Assembly: GCA_963850305.1 (NCBI GenBank)
Contig: CAWKKR010000008.1
Location: forward strand, 1 to 64,000
Origin: an uncultured delta proteobacterium
Lineage (GTDB): Bacteria > Myxococcota_A > Polyangia > Polyangiales > Polyangiaceae
Reading direction: 5' to 3'
Length of the DNA stretch: 64,000 bases
The position numbers were made by a program, and so were the translations under genes. Below the pieces are notes generated by a model, which did no database searches, was not told where the DNA came from, and saw only the letters and a program-made list of their open reading frames with translations. Positions 1 through 8,806 of the stretch are shown piece after piece (the stretch's first letter is position 1; each line of letters opens with the position of its first letter).

Positions 1-774
1 ATCAATGGAATCCTCGTGAAGCAGTGGCTTTATGCCGACGACCTGAGGATCGTCGCTGAGCTCGATGGGTCGGGGAATGTCGTCTCGCGGTTTGTCTGGG
101 TACGCGATGACCTAAGTAGTCCACAAATGTACGTAGTGCAGGCCGGGCAAGTCTACAGCGAACAAGTAGACCAACTGGGCACCTCGCTGTTATATGTGAA
201 TGCAGCCACAGGGACTGCGGAACGGCACGATGTGGACGAATGGGGAAACTCATTGGGGTCAGCAGTATCAACGATCGCTCCTTTCGGTTTCGCCGGGGGC
301 CAGAGCGACACGGATACTGGGCTCATTCATTTCGTGACGCGCGACTATGACCCATCAGTGGGTCGGTGGATTGAAAAGGACCCGATTTTATTTGACGGAG
401 GCGATTCCAACATTTACGCCTACTGTTACGGCGATTCCATTAATCGGGTGGATGCATCCGGCGCCGACGGATACGGAACCGTCGCAGTCAAACTGTCTCC
501 CAACATGACGCCTGTGGGGGGGCCATCGTTCACTGCGTCGACGTCGCTTCCCAGTATCCCTGCGGCTCCGTCTTCCCCATCGGCACAACCGCAACCCGGT
601 GACAAGCCGCCACCAAGACTCCCCTTAGTCCCGCGGCCAGATGTTTTGCCTCCTCTGGTCCCCTGGCCACTTCAGCAGCCGACCCCACCTTCGTTCCCGC
701 CTTATCCGAGTTGGCCGCCTGGATGGCCACCTCCGGAGTGGTATACCCCGCCTTATTGCCCAAGGGATGGCTGA
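1..774 (+). CDS. RHS repeat-associated core protein with Pro-rich C-terminal tip (5' truncated by window edge)
   Basis: Frame open from base 1 (INGILVKQWLY). RHS core motifs PFGFAGG-SDTDTGLIHFVTRDYDPSVGRW-KDPI and YAYCYGDSINRVDASG (DPxG-equivalent), then a ~100-aa Pro-rich tail. Confidence 0.9.
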   Translation: MNGILVKQWLYADDLRIVAELDGSGNVVSRFVWVRDDLSSPQMYVVQAGQVYSEQVDQLGTSLLYVNAATGTAERHDVDEWGNSLGSAVSTIAPFGFAGGQSDTDTGLIHFVTRDYDPSVGRWIEKDPILFDGGDSNIYAYCYGDSINRVDASGADGYGTVAVKLSPNMTPVGGPSFTASTSLPSIPAAPSSPSAQPQPGDKPPPRLPLVPRPDVLPPLVPWPLQQPTPPSFPPYPSWPPGWPPPEWYTPPYCPRDG

Positions 775-776
775 CA

Positions 777-1757
777 GTGCTTGGACTCGAGCCGAAAATT
801 CTAATTGGGGTGCTTGTGAGCGTCGGATGCTCCGCCTCGCGGCCCCCTCCAAAAAGCTCTGCGGAGCAAATGGCTGAGCTCGGCGAACGCCAATCCCTTG
901 GCCAGGGAGACTACACGACCTGTGATTTGACACATCAGGATTTACTGGCGGACGAAGCGAAATGCTCGGAGGGGCAAACACTGGAGTGCGCCCGCGCCGC
1001 GACTGCATATTGGCGCGGGTGCGGTGGCAAGAAAGACGACATCAAAGCGGAAGCGTTGTACAAGGCTGCCTGTGACGGAGGGAGTTCTGTCTCTTGTCAC
1101 ATGGAGGTCACGTTGATGTTCGAACGTGACCCTGGCACCGAACCGCAGGTGATCGAAATACTCGAGCAGCAGTGTAGCCGACGTAATCCTGAGGAGTGCG
1201 GTGATCTCGGTGCGGTCCTTGCGCTTCCCCCAGCTCGGGATATCAGGCGGGGTTTCGCTCTTCTAAAAGGGGCATGTTCAAACGACTTGCCTGTATACTG
1301 CGAGAAAATGGGCGTCGTCGTGGCGGAGAATCATTTGAGCTCGGAGTACGACGAGACGCGACGACAGCTCAATTTGATCTGTAACAACGGCCACCGCGAC
1401 ACGTGCTTTGTACTGGCGAAGTCTTATGAGAGAGGGGACCTCGGGGTCAAAAATACTGAGCTTGCCGCGCAGATATACGGAAAGGCTTGTGCAGCCGGCA
1501 GCTCAGAGTCTTGTCAAAGCCTGGGGTATATGCTGATAAGTGGTGACGGGGTTGACAAGGATTCGGTGCGGGGGATGCAGTTCTTTTACCAAGCATGCGG
1601 AGCGGGCTTTGGTCCCGCCTGCGAAAGCATGGGCGATGGTGTACAAAACGGTTGGGGCGGGCCTCCGAACCCAGAGAAGGCTCTGGAATTTTATGGATAC
1701 GCTTGTGCGATTGGATGTGCGTCCGCGTGCGCGAAGGCGCGGCCCCGCAAGCCATAG
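777..1757 (+). CDS. Sel1-like repeat lipoprotein, probable immunity protein for RHS tip 1
   Basis: GTG 2 nt after the RHS stop; hydrophobic signal ending VSVGC; repeated KACxxGxxxSCxxLG Sel1/Hcp-type Cys repeats. Immunity role is inferred from position only. Confidence 0.8.
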   Translation: MLGLEPKILIGVLVSVGCSASRPPPKSSAEQMAELGERQSLGQGDYTTCDLTHQDLLADEAKCSEGQTLECARAATAYWRGCGGKKDDIKAEALYKAACDGGSSVSCHMEVTLMFERDPGTEPQVIEILEQQCSRRNPEECGDLGAVLALPPARDIRRGFALLKGACSNDLPVYCEKMGVVVAENHLSSEYDETRRQLNLICNNGHRDTCFVLAKSYERGDLGVKNTELAAQIYGKACAAGSSESCQSLGYMLISGDGVDKDSVRGMQFFYQACGAGFGPACESMGDGVQNGWGGPPNPEKALEFYGYACAIGCASACAKARPRKP

Positions 1758-2050
1758 AAGCCGTCTCATAAACGGCGCCGACGCGTAACCGATCGGGTGC
1801 GGCTCTCTTCGACACCAACGTGTCCGTCCGCCGGACGGCATCCTGACGTAGCGCGCGCGACATGATGAGATCGCCCCGCTGAGGCCCATTCACCGCTGAA
1901 TTCCAGGGCATTTTCGGGGCGGACCGAGCCGGCTTTCGGCCTTTAGCTCGCGGCCGGCACTGCGGCGGCGCCTCGGAGCGCCTGCCACCGCACGGGCATG
2001 AGATCGGGCACGTCCGCGAGCCGGACCTTGCGAGCGAGGCGGGGCAGCAC

Positions 2051-3881
2051 GTCGAAACCTACACCGCCCCCGACACCGGAGACGGCAACGGCCCTGCCAC
2101 GACGAGCTACGCCTACGATCTCGACGGCCATCCGACGGAAGTCGATCGTGCCGATGGCTCCGCCGTCACGATGGGCTACGATTCGTCGGGCCGCATGCGG
2201 ACCGTGACCCTCCCCACCGGCACCGAGACGCTCGGGTACAGCGCGACCACCGGCAGGCTGACCAGCGCTACTGGCCCGTACGGCGTCAATCTCGCCTACG
2301 CATACGACGGCCGTCTACTCACCGGAACAACCTGGACCGGCGCCGTCGCAGGCAGTGTCACGCGCACCTACGACAACTTCTTCCGCATCTCGACGGAAAC
2401 CATCGACGGCCAAGCCGCGACCACGGCCACGCTCGGCTACGACAACGACGGTCTCGTCACCAGCGTCGCGACACCGGCGGGTTCGATGGCGCTCACGTAC
2501 GATCCGACTGCGCCGCGCCTCCAGACCACGACGCTCGGCTCAGTGACGGACGCCCGCACGTACGACCAGTTTGGAGAGGTCGCATCCTACGACGCGAAGT
2601 TCGGGTCGAGCGACTTGTACAACGCGTCCTACGTGCGCGACGCGCTCGGACGCATTCAGCAGAAAACCGAGACCATCCAGGGCACGACCACCGTTACCGA
2701 GTACGGGTACGACCAGGTCGGACGCCTCATCAGCGTCGCCGAGAATGGCGCGGCGGTCAGGACGTATGCGTACGACGCCAACGGCAATCGGACGCTGTTC
2801 ACCGACGTCGAGCACGGGACGACCAGCGCGGGGACATACGACGCGCAGGACCGGTTACTCACGTACGGGACACTGACGTACACGTACACGGCGGACGGGG
2901 CGCTCAGCGACGAAGACGGATACGTCCACGGGTCAGACGACGACGTACACGTACGATGCGCTTGGGAACTTGACGCACGTGGGTCTGCCGGACGGCAGAG
3001 CCATCGACTACGTCATCGACGGCATGGGGAGGCGCGTCGGCAAGAAGATCAACGGCGTGATGGTGAAGCAGTGGCTTTACGCCGACGATTTGAGGATCGT
3101 GGCCGAACTGGATGGAAGCGGGAACGTCGTGTCACGGTTTGTTTGGGCGGATGGGACGGGGGCGAGCGACAGTATCGTCAAATCGACACTCCGGCGGCTT
3201 GGCCTTGCCTTACCTTCAGCGGTAAGGCGAATCGGATCCCTACTCGATCCGGCGTATATGATCTCTGGAGGTGCTGCGTATCGCTTTCTCGTTGATCAGG
3301 TCGGGACGCCTCGTATGCTCGTGAATGCTTCGTCCGGCCAGATGTCGCAGCTGGTCACAGAAGATGAATGGGGTACCTCGGTGGCCGATTCGAATCCGGG
3401 TTTCCAGCCCATCGGATTCGGAGGCGGAACCTGGGATCGTGACACCGGATTGTCTCGGTTCGGCGCGCGAGACTACGACGCTTCTGTCGGCCGATGGACT
3501 CGCAGCGATCCCGTTCGGTTCTTCGGACACCAGGCAAACCTTTATTCCTATCTCGATGATCCAATCAATTCGCGCGATCCTCGAGGTCTTGATGCGAACG
3601 GATGCAACCTGGTTTGCGGCCTGGCTACTACCGTGGTGTGCGGAGGAGTCGGCGTGGGTGCGAGTGCAGCGGCTGGGGCGACGACACTTGGGATGGGTGC
3701 TGCGATCGGACTGACTGTCGGCGCTGATTGCTACCTTGCGACCTTTCCTGTCTGCTATTTGGCTTGTCGCCCACCCCCTACGCCTCCAGCACCGACCAAG
3801 CCTCCCGCACCAAGTCCGCCGGGTCCGCAGTGCCAGTCGTCGTCCCCATGTGATCCTACGGATGCGAGCTGCCCCGAGTGA
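2051..3881 (+). CDS. Orphan RHS/YD-repeat module with Cys-rich hydrophobic tip; +1 frameshift near 2909
   Basis: YD repeats (GYDSSGR, TYDQFGE, YGYDQVGRL, YAYDANGNR). Removing one base near 2909 joins ORF 2171 to ORF 2970 (DGALSTKTDTSTGQTTTYTYDALGNLTHV). Core ends PINSRDPRG. Confidence 0.85.
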
Positions 3882-4384
3882 TGGATCCTGGCTCTGGTCG
3901 GCCCCCGTCGTCGGATACGTTCCCGAAGAGGAGATGGGTCGTATTCCTTTTGGCAACCGGGACGCTGGTCGCTGCAGGATTGCCAACTTTCGTGGAATGG
4001 TTCACTGGAATTAGGCAGATCGCCCCGTGGACAGACGCGAGCCCGAGCGATACAAGGCTGTTCGTCGGATTTGTCGTACTAGTTAACCTATTTATTGGCG
4101 CGGGATTCCTGGTTGCTGTCGGTGTGCAAAGGTCGCGGTTGCGTAGTGGATCCATGGTAGCGATTGGCGCAATATGGTTGGCTGTACTGGTTGTAGTTGT
4201 GGTATTGTTTATCGTTTGCCTTGAGATGACCGTGTGGAACAAGGTAACTCACAGGCAAGTGGTTGGGTTGCTGGCGTATCTTAGTCACTTGGTTGCGGTG
4301 TCGCTGATTGTCTTCGCCTGGACGTGGTTCATTCGCCGGCAGCGCGCGAGGCGGGATTCAGGCGAGCCACCCTCGGACCCGTGA
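3881..4384 (+). CDS. Multi-TM membrane protein, probable immunity protein for RHS tip 2
   Basis: Start overlaps the RHS stop (GTGATG); about four hydrophobic segments; visibly AT-richer than flanking DNA. Confidence 0.65.
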   Translation: MDPGSGRPPSSDTFPKRRWVVFLLATGTLVAAGLPTFVEWFTGIRQIAPWTDASPSDTRLFVGFVVLVNLFIGAGFLVAVGVQRSRLRSGSMVAIGAIWLAVLVVVVVLFIVCLEMTVWNKVTHRQVVGLLAYLSHLVAVSLIVFAWTWFIRRQRARRDSGEPPSDP

Positions 4385-4411
4385 TTCATGTCGTCGCGTA
4401 CTATCTCGGGA

Positions 4412-4684
4412 CGAGCGGCGCGGTCGTGCGGACGTACGCGTACGACGACAACGACCGTATCGCCGGAATGCGCCCTCGCCACCGCGACTGCAGCTACCGC
4501 GTGTTATGGGGCGGAGGCTACTTGCGCTCTCGGTCCCATTACGGCGCCCGTGTGCTTGGCGGCACTTGCGGGTTGCTCGGTTGCGGCGGCCATCGCAACG
4601 TATACATGCGGGAGCACTCCACCGCCGCCGCCGGCATGTGATCTGGCATGTGATCCCACCACGGCGTGTTGTCCGGAATCGTGA
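4412..4684 (+). pseudogene. Deleted RHS remnant retaining a Cys-rich tip (tip 3)
   Basis: SGAVVRTYAYDDND (4412-4456) mirrors NGAAVRTYAYDANG of the upstream RHS. It abuts, in another frame, ECALATATAATACYG...TPPPPPACDLACDPTTACCPES, which has the same architecture as tip 2. Confidence 0.65.
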
Positions 4685-4686
4685 AA

Positions 4687-4893
4687 ATGAGAGACGTTCA
4701 ACGAAGGCTTGTTTCAGCGATGGTTCTGCTCGCAATTGCCCAGGGCATAACCCTCGGGCAGCTTCTCCTGGAGCGGGTTTCATCACCGGTCACCTGGCTC
4801 AGAGCAACCGTTCTTATCCTCACTTTTGTCGCAATGGTCGGATGCGTTTTCCAGCTCCGCTCCCTGCGTAGAGGTCTGGAGAAAAGGCGGTAA
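4687..4893 (+). CDS. Small 2-TM protein, probable immunity protein for tip 3
   Basis: ATG 2 nt after the tip 3 stop; two hydrophobic helices and a basic tail. Confidence 0.55.
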   Translation: MRDVQRRLVSAMVLLAIAQGITLGQLLLERVSSPVTWLRATVLILTFVAMVGCVFQLRSLRRGLEKRR

Positions 4894-4943
4894 AAGGTCC
4901 ATGGCAAATGTAACCGACGGCAGCATCTACTTCACCGATACCC

Positions 4944-6054
4944 TGTGGGGGCTACTTCTCGCGTCCGCCGCAGGATCGCTCAGGAATCCGGCACGCACAA
5001 GCCTTGAACGGCGTCGCGAGATCGACGAGATCGAGATCGTGATCGCGGCGCTGATTCGGCGAATTCGTGGCGTCGCGGGAAGGATCGCCGAGCGCGTGGA
5101 CGCGGCCATGCGAACCGCGACGCGGCCGGTCTCGATCGTCGGCGGGGTGCTCCGAGACGTCAGCCGCACGCGGGAGGAACTCGTCGCGGAGAACACGGCT
5201 CTCCGACAGCAGTTGATCGTGGTGGCGAGGACGGTGAAGAAGCCGAAGTTCGCGGGGCACGAGCGTGGGCTCGTGGTGCTGCTCGCCCGCCTCATGCCCC
5301 GCTGGCGAGAGGCCATGCTTCTGGTGAAGCCCGAGACCGTTCTCCGGTGGCACCGCGAAGGATTCCGGCTGTTCTGGCGCGCGAGGTCCCGGCCACCAGT
5401 TGCCGCCACCCCGCGGATCGCTCCCGAAACGGCGTCCTTGGGGGCAGAGCTGGTCAACCACATGCACCAGACGTGGGCGTGCGACTTCCTGCAACTCTAC
5501 GATATCTGGTTCCAGCCGATCTTCGCGTTCTTCATCATCGACCTCGGCTCGCGCAAGGTCGTACACGTGGGCGTGACCCGGAACCCGACCACGACGTGGG
5601 TCGCCCAGCAGCTTCGGAACGCGACGCCGTTCGGCGAGGGACCCCGGTTCCTCATCCGTGACAACGACGACAAGTTCGGCGTGGATTTCGACCGAGCAGC
5701 GAAGGGAGCGGGCGTCCGAGTCCTCCGCACCGCAGTGCGGGCACCTCGCATGAATGCGTTCTGTGAGCGCTTTCTCGGCAGCGCTCGTCGCGAGTGCCTC
5801 GATCATGTCGTCGTATTCGGCGAGCGTCACCTCGAGCGTGTCCTGCGCGAGTACTGCTTCGACTACTTCAACTGCGCTCGCCCTCACCGAGGGATCGGGC
5901 AGCTCGTGCCGATCGGCGCGGCGACCTCGGCCACCGGAAGCGCAGAGGTCGTAGCCGTCCCCGTGCTCAACGGCCTGCACCACGACTATCGCAGGGCCGC
6001 GTGACCGTTGTGCCAGAGGTCTCCGCGGGACGGACGGACGAAGTAGCCCCCACA
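4944..6054 (+). mobile_element. IS481-like insertion sequence (rve integrase-core transposase), copy 1, internally deleted
   Basis: TIRs tgtgggggctacttc / gaagtagcccccaca; DDE core WACDF...IRDND...CERFLGSARRECLD. Lacks 147 bp relative to the copy at 23398. Confidence 0.9.
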
Positions 6055-6600
6055 GGCAAGTCCACCACGAGCGTCTGTGTCTGGCCCGCTGCGGACGTTA
6101 CGGAATATGAAGAGCGGCGTCCATCCGGCGCGAGCGCGGCAACTCGATGCTGTCCGACCTCAAGCGTAATGTGACCAGTGTCGGTCGGTCCAACCATCCG
6201 TCCGTCCACCGAGATGGCCGCTCCCCGAGCGCCCGGTGCCAGCGCTTCACCTGAAGCATACGGACGAGCGCCTCGAGCTCCTGGCGCTTCGCTTCGGCAA
6301 GGGTGCAGCGCTCGTCCGAGGGTGAAAGCGCGGCAAGTGCGCGTTCCTCGTACTGGAATGCGGCAAACGGCTTGTCTGTCGCAGCGCTACACTCCGCGAG
6401 GTTCATCAGGAGACCGGCTGGTACCTGACGCCCCTCGTACTCGCGGACTCCTCGACCGAACGCGTCGCACGCTTTCGCGGCATCGCCATCCCGCATTTCC
6501 CGGCGCCCTTCGAGGAACGCAACTTTCGCCCGGTACTCCGACGCCTCCGGGCAGTCCTGGCAAGCGGGACACCACCCTGTTGGAGATAACGGGCACAGAG
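6055..6600 (-). pseudogene. TPR-PEGA protein fragment, frameshifted and truncated by the IS
   Basis: AKVAFLEGRREM...ACDAF...GLLMNLAEC TPR segment typical of myxobacterial PEGA proteins. PEGA-like TLEVGQHRVAALAPDG...TQTLVVDLP in another frame runs into the IS right end. Confidence 0.6.
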
Positions 6601-6762
6601 ACGCATGACTTTGTCCGCCGGTCCGAGCACCTCCGGGGCCGCGTTCAGCCCGGAAAATCACCGCGAAGTTGCTCGACCGGCGAGATCACACCAAGGGCAT
6701 GGGATGAGCCGGGGTACGATGGCGGCCGTGATGACCGCCCAGGGTGCCATGGAACGCGGACG

Positions 6763-7269
6763 ATGACCCTGGAGCTTCGCCGCTTGCTGAGCGACAGGGC
6801 TCGCTCGCTGCAGGTCCGTCTGAATCACGGCCGCGTCGACCCGATCACCGCCGCCAACGAGGCGTTCCGGCTGTTCACCGACGCCCAGGAGGCTGTGCGC
6901 GTAAGGTGGCTCAACCTCGAGCTCCACGGCTACGGCGACCGAGTCGATTCGACCCCGCTGAACCTTGTCCTCGGTGTGCCCGCCGGTGATCGCTTGGCGG
7001 CTCATGTTGCCGCGTACCGCACGCAGCGCGGTCTCGCGGGCGGACTCGAGTTCAAGCACTTCTTCGTGGAGCCGCTCCACGAACTCGTCAGCACAAGCGC
7101 ACGCGTCGCAACGTCCGGGGGGACGTCTGAACTCGAGCTCGAGTTCACGCCGTCGCCGGGAGCCCCGGGACATCCGCGCAACGGAACGTTCAGTCGCGAC
7201 GTCTTCGCGCGAGTCGTCGCAGGTTTCGTTGCCGCCCTACACCTCCAGCTCGGGGTGCTCGTGACGTGA
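6763..7269 (+). CDS. AbiTii-like domain protein
   Basis: RWLNLELHGY...AAYR resembles the WxxxELxGY...YR signature of AbiTii domains; ATG at 6763; first gene of an overlapping triplet. Confidence 0.55.
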   Translation: MTLELRRLLSDRARSLQVRLNHGRVDPITAANEAFRLFTDAQEAVRVRWLNLELHGYGDRVDSTPLNLVLGVPAGDRLAAHVAAYRTQRGLAGGLEFKHFFVEPLHELVSTSARVATSGGTSELELEFTPSPGAPGHPRNGTFSRDVFARVVAGFVAALHLQLGVLVT

Positions 7270-7766
7270 TCGATCTCGAAACTCTCAACGACGTGCTCGG
7301 CTTGCCCGAGGAGAGCGTGACGCCCCTCGCACACCGCACCGCGGTTGCTCTCGAGCGACGGCACCGTCCCGGCGTCCACCTTATCGGCGTCGTGCAGGGC
7401 GCCCCGCTGGACGAGGAGATCCGTTGGCGCCCGCGGACGCCCGGCGCGGCGGTGTACGAGGACATCAACCGCGTGACCGAGGAGGGCGCGGAGGCGATCG
7501 GCCTTGCACTCGCCTGCTCGAAGAGCACCTGGCGCATCGAGCGGCGCCTCCAGGCCAGGCTGGCCGAGGGCGCCGACTGGCTAATGATCGATCCGTCGAC
7601 CGGATCGACCATCGTCCTCGAAATCGGCGGGACCGACGAAGAGGACCTGGAGGCGCTTCTTGCCCGGAAGATCAAGCAGGCCCGACGTTCCCCTTTCTCC
7701 GAGCGGGGCACTCCAGCGGCATGCGTGGTACGATTTCTCGAACCGAAGTGTGAAGCTGTGGGTTGA
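7266..7766 (+). CDS. Putative PD-(D/E)xK-fold nuclease-like protein
   Basis: Motif order TEEGAE...GADWL...VLEIGG...RKIKQ...ACVVRF fits a restriction-endonuclease-like alpha/beta core; GTGA overlap with the upstream stop. Confidence 0.5.
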   Translation: MIDLETLNDVLGLPEESVTPLAHRTAVALERRHRPGVHLIGVVQGAPLDEEIRWRPRTPGAAVYEDINRVTEEGAEAIGLALACSKSTWRIERRLQARLAEGADWLMIDPSTGSTIVLEIGGTDEEDLEALLARKIKQARRSPFSERGTPAACVVRFLEPKCEAVG

Positions 7767-7768
7767 CG

Positions 7769-8140
7769 ATGGGCCTCGACGAACTGAACCGTAGCGTGAC
7801 GAGCGCGATCCTTCGTGCGGAGGCGCTTCCTCCCGGCTCGTGGGAAGCAGAGCGCGCGTTCCGTGACGTGGCCGATCTCGAGGAGGAGATCGCCGCGATA
7901 GCTGGCGCCAACACGGTCGAGGGCGAGGTCGCTAGGCTGGGAGCGGTGACGGCTTCGATGAGCGCTGGCGACCTCGTTCGCGCGGTTCAGATGGCGGAAC
8001 GCTACCTACCCGACGCACTTGGCGATCGCTCGCGCGAGAAGCTCAACGAGCTCCGTGACGAAGCGGAGGCCGAGATTGCGCGGGCGGCCCTTGGCGCGCC
8101 GAATGTGGATCCCATTCCGTTTACTTTGCGAGCTGCGTAG
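7769..8140 (+). CDS. Small all-helical (TPR-like) hypothetical protein
   Basis: Starts right at the upstream stop (TTG 7763 or ATG 7769); amphipathic Ala/Glu/Leu helices. Confidence 0.6.
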   Translation: MGLDELNRSVTSAILRAEALPPGSWEAERAFRDVADLEEEIAAIAGANTVEGEVARLGAVTASMSAGDLVRAVQMAERYLPDALGDRSREKLNELRDEAEAEIARAALGAPNVDPIPFTLRAA

Positions 8141-8199
8141 GGCTTCGCGTCGCTTGGTCCCGGCGAGAGCGCCATTCCCGTACGCGATGAAGCGCGTTC

Positions 8200-8790
8200 T
8201 CGGCGACGCCCAGATCTGGCTGCGGTGGTTTTTCTGCAGCTGTGCGACGCTTGTTTCCGGCCCATCTTCGCATTTTTCGTCGTCGAGCTGGGCTCGCGCC
8301 GGGTCGTCCACGTCGCGGTCACGCGCGAGCCCAGCTCCAGCTGGGTCGCGCAGCAGATGCGCAACGCCACCGTCTTCGGCGCTGCGCCGCGCTTCGTGAT
8401 CCGCGACCGCGACGCCAAGTACGGCTCGGAGTTCGATCGCGTCGCTTGCGGCGCTGGTGCGAGGATCCTCGAGACGCCCGTCCGGGCCCCGCGCGCCAAC
8501 GCAGTCGTCGAACGGTTTCTCGGCAGCGTGCGACGGGAGTGCCTCGACCACTTCCTCATTCTCGGCGAGCAGCACCTGCTCGCGGTGCTCGTCGAATACT
8601 GCCGCCACTTCAACGAGGCGCGCCCTCACCAGGGCATCGATCAACTGGTGCCCGTCGGTTCGTCTTCGGCTGCCGCCGGGGCTGGAGAGGTCGTGGCGCT
8701 CCCCGTCCTCGGCGGTCTCCATCATGACTACCGGAGGGCGGCATGAGGTGTGGTTACGCTTCCGCCCTGCCCTGACGGAGTCGGTAGCGA
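8200..8790 (+). mobile_element. 3' remnant of a related IS481-like transposase (diverged)
   Basis: FLQLCDACFRPIFAFF...IRDRD...VERFLGSVRRECLDH...GGLHHDYRRAA is colinear with the copy 1/2 transposase; the 5' half is absent. Confidence 0.85.
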
Positions 8791-8806
8791 AGCGCCGCCG
8801 CGCCGC

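Noticed and set aside
2900..2920. Programmed ribosomal frameshift in the RHS gene (and other shifted genes)
   Set aside because: No slippery sequence; scattered indels across unrelated genes fit sequencing error or decay better.
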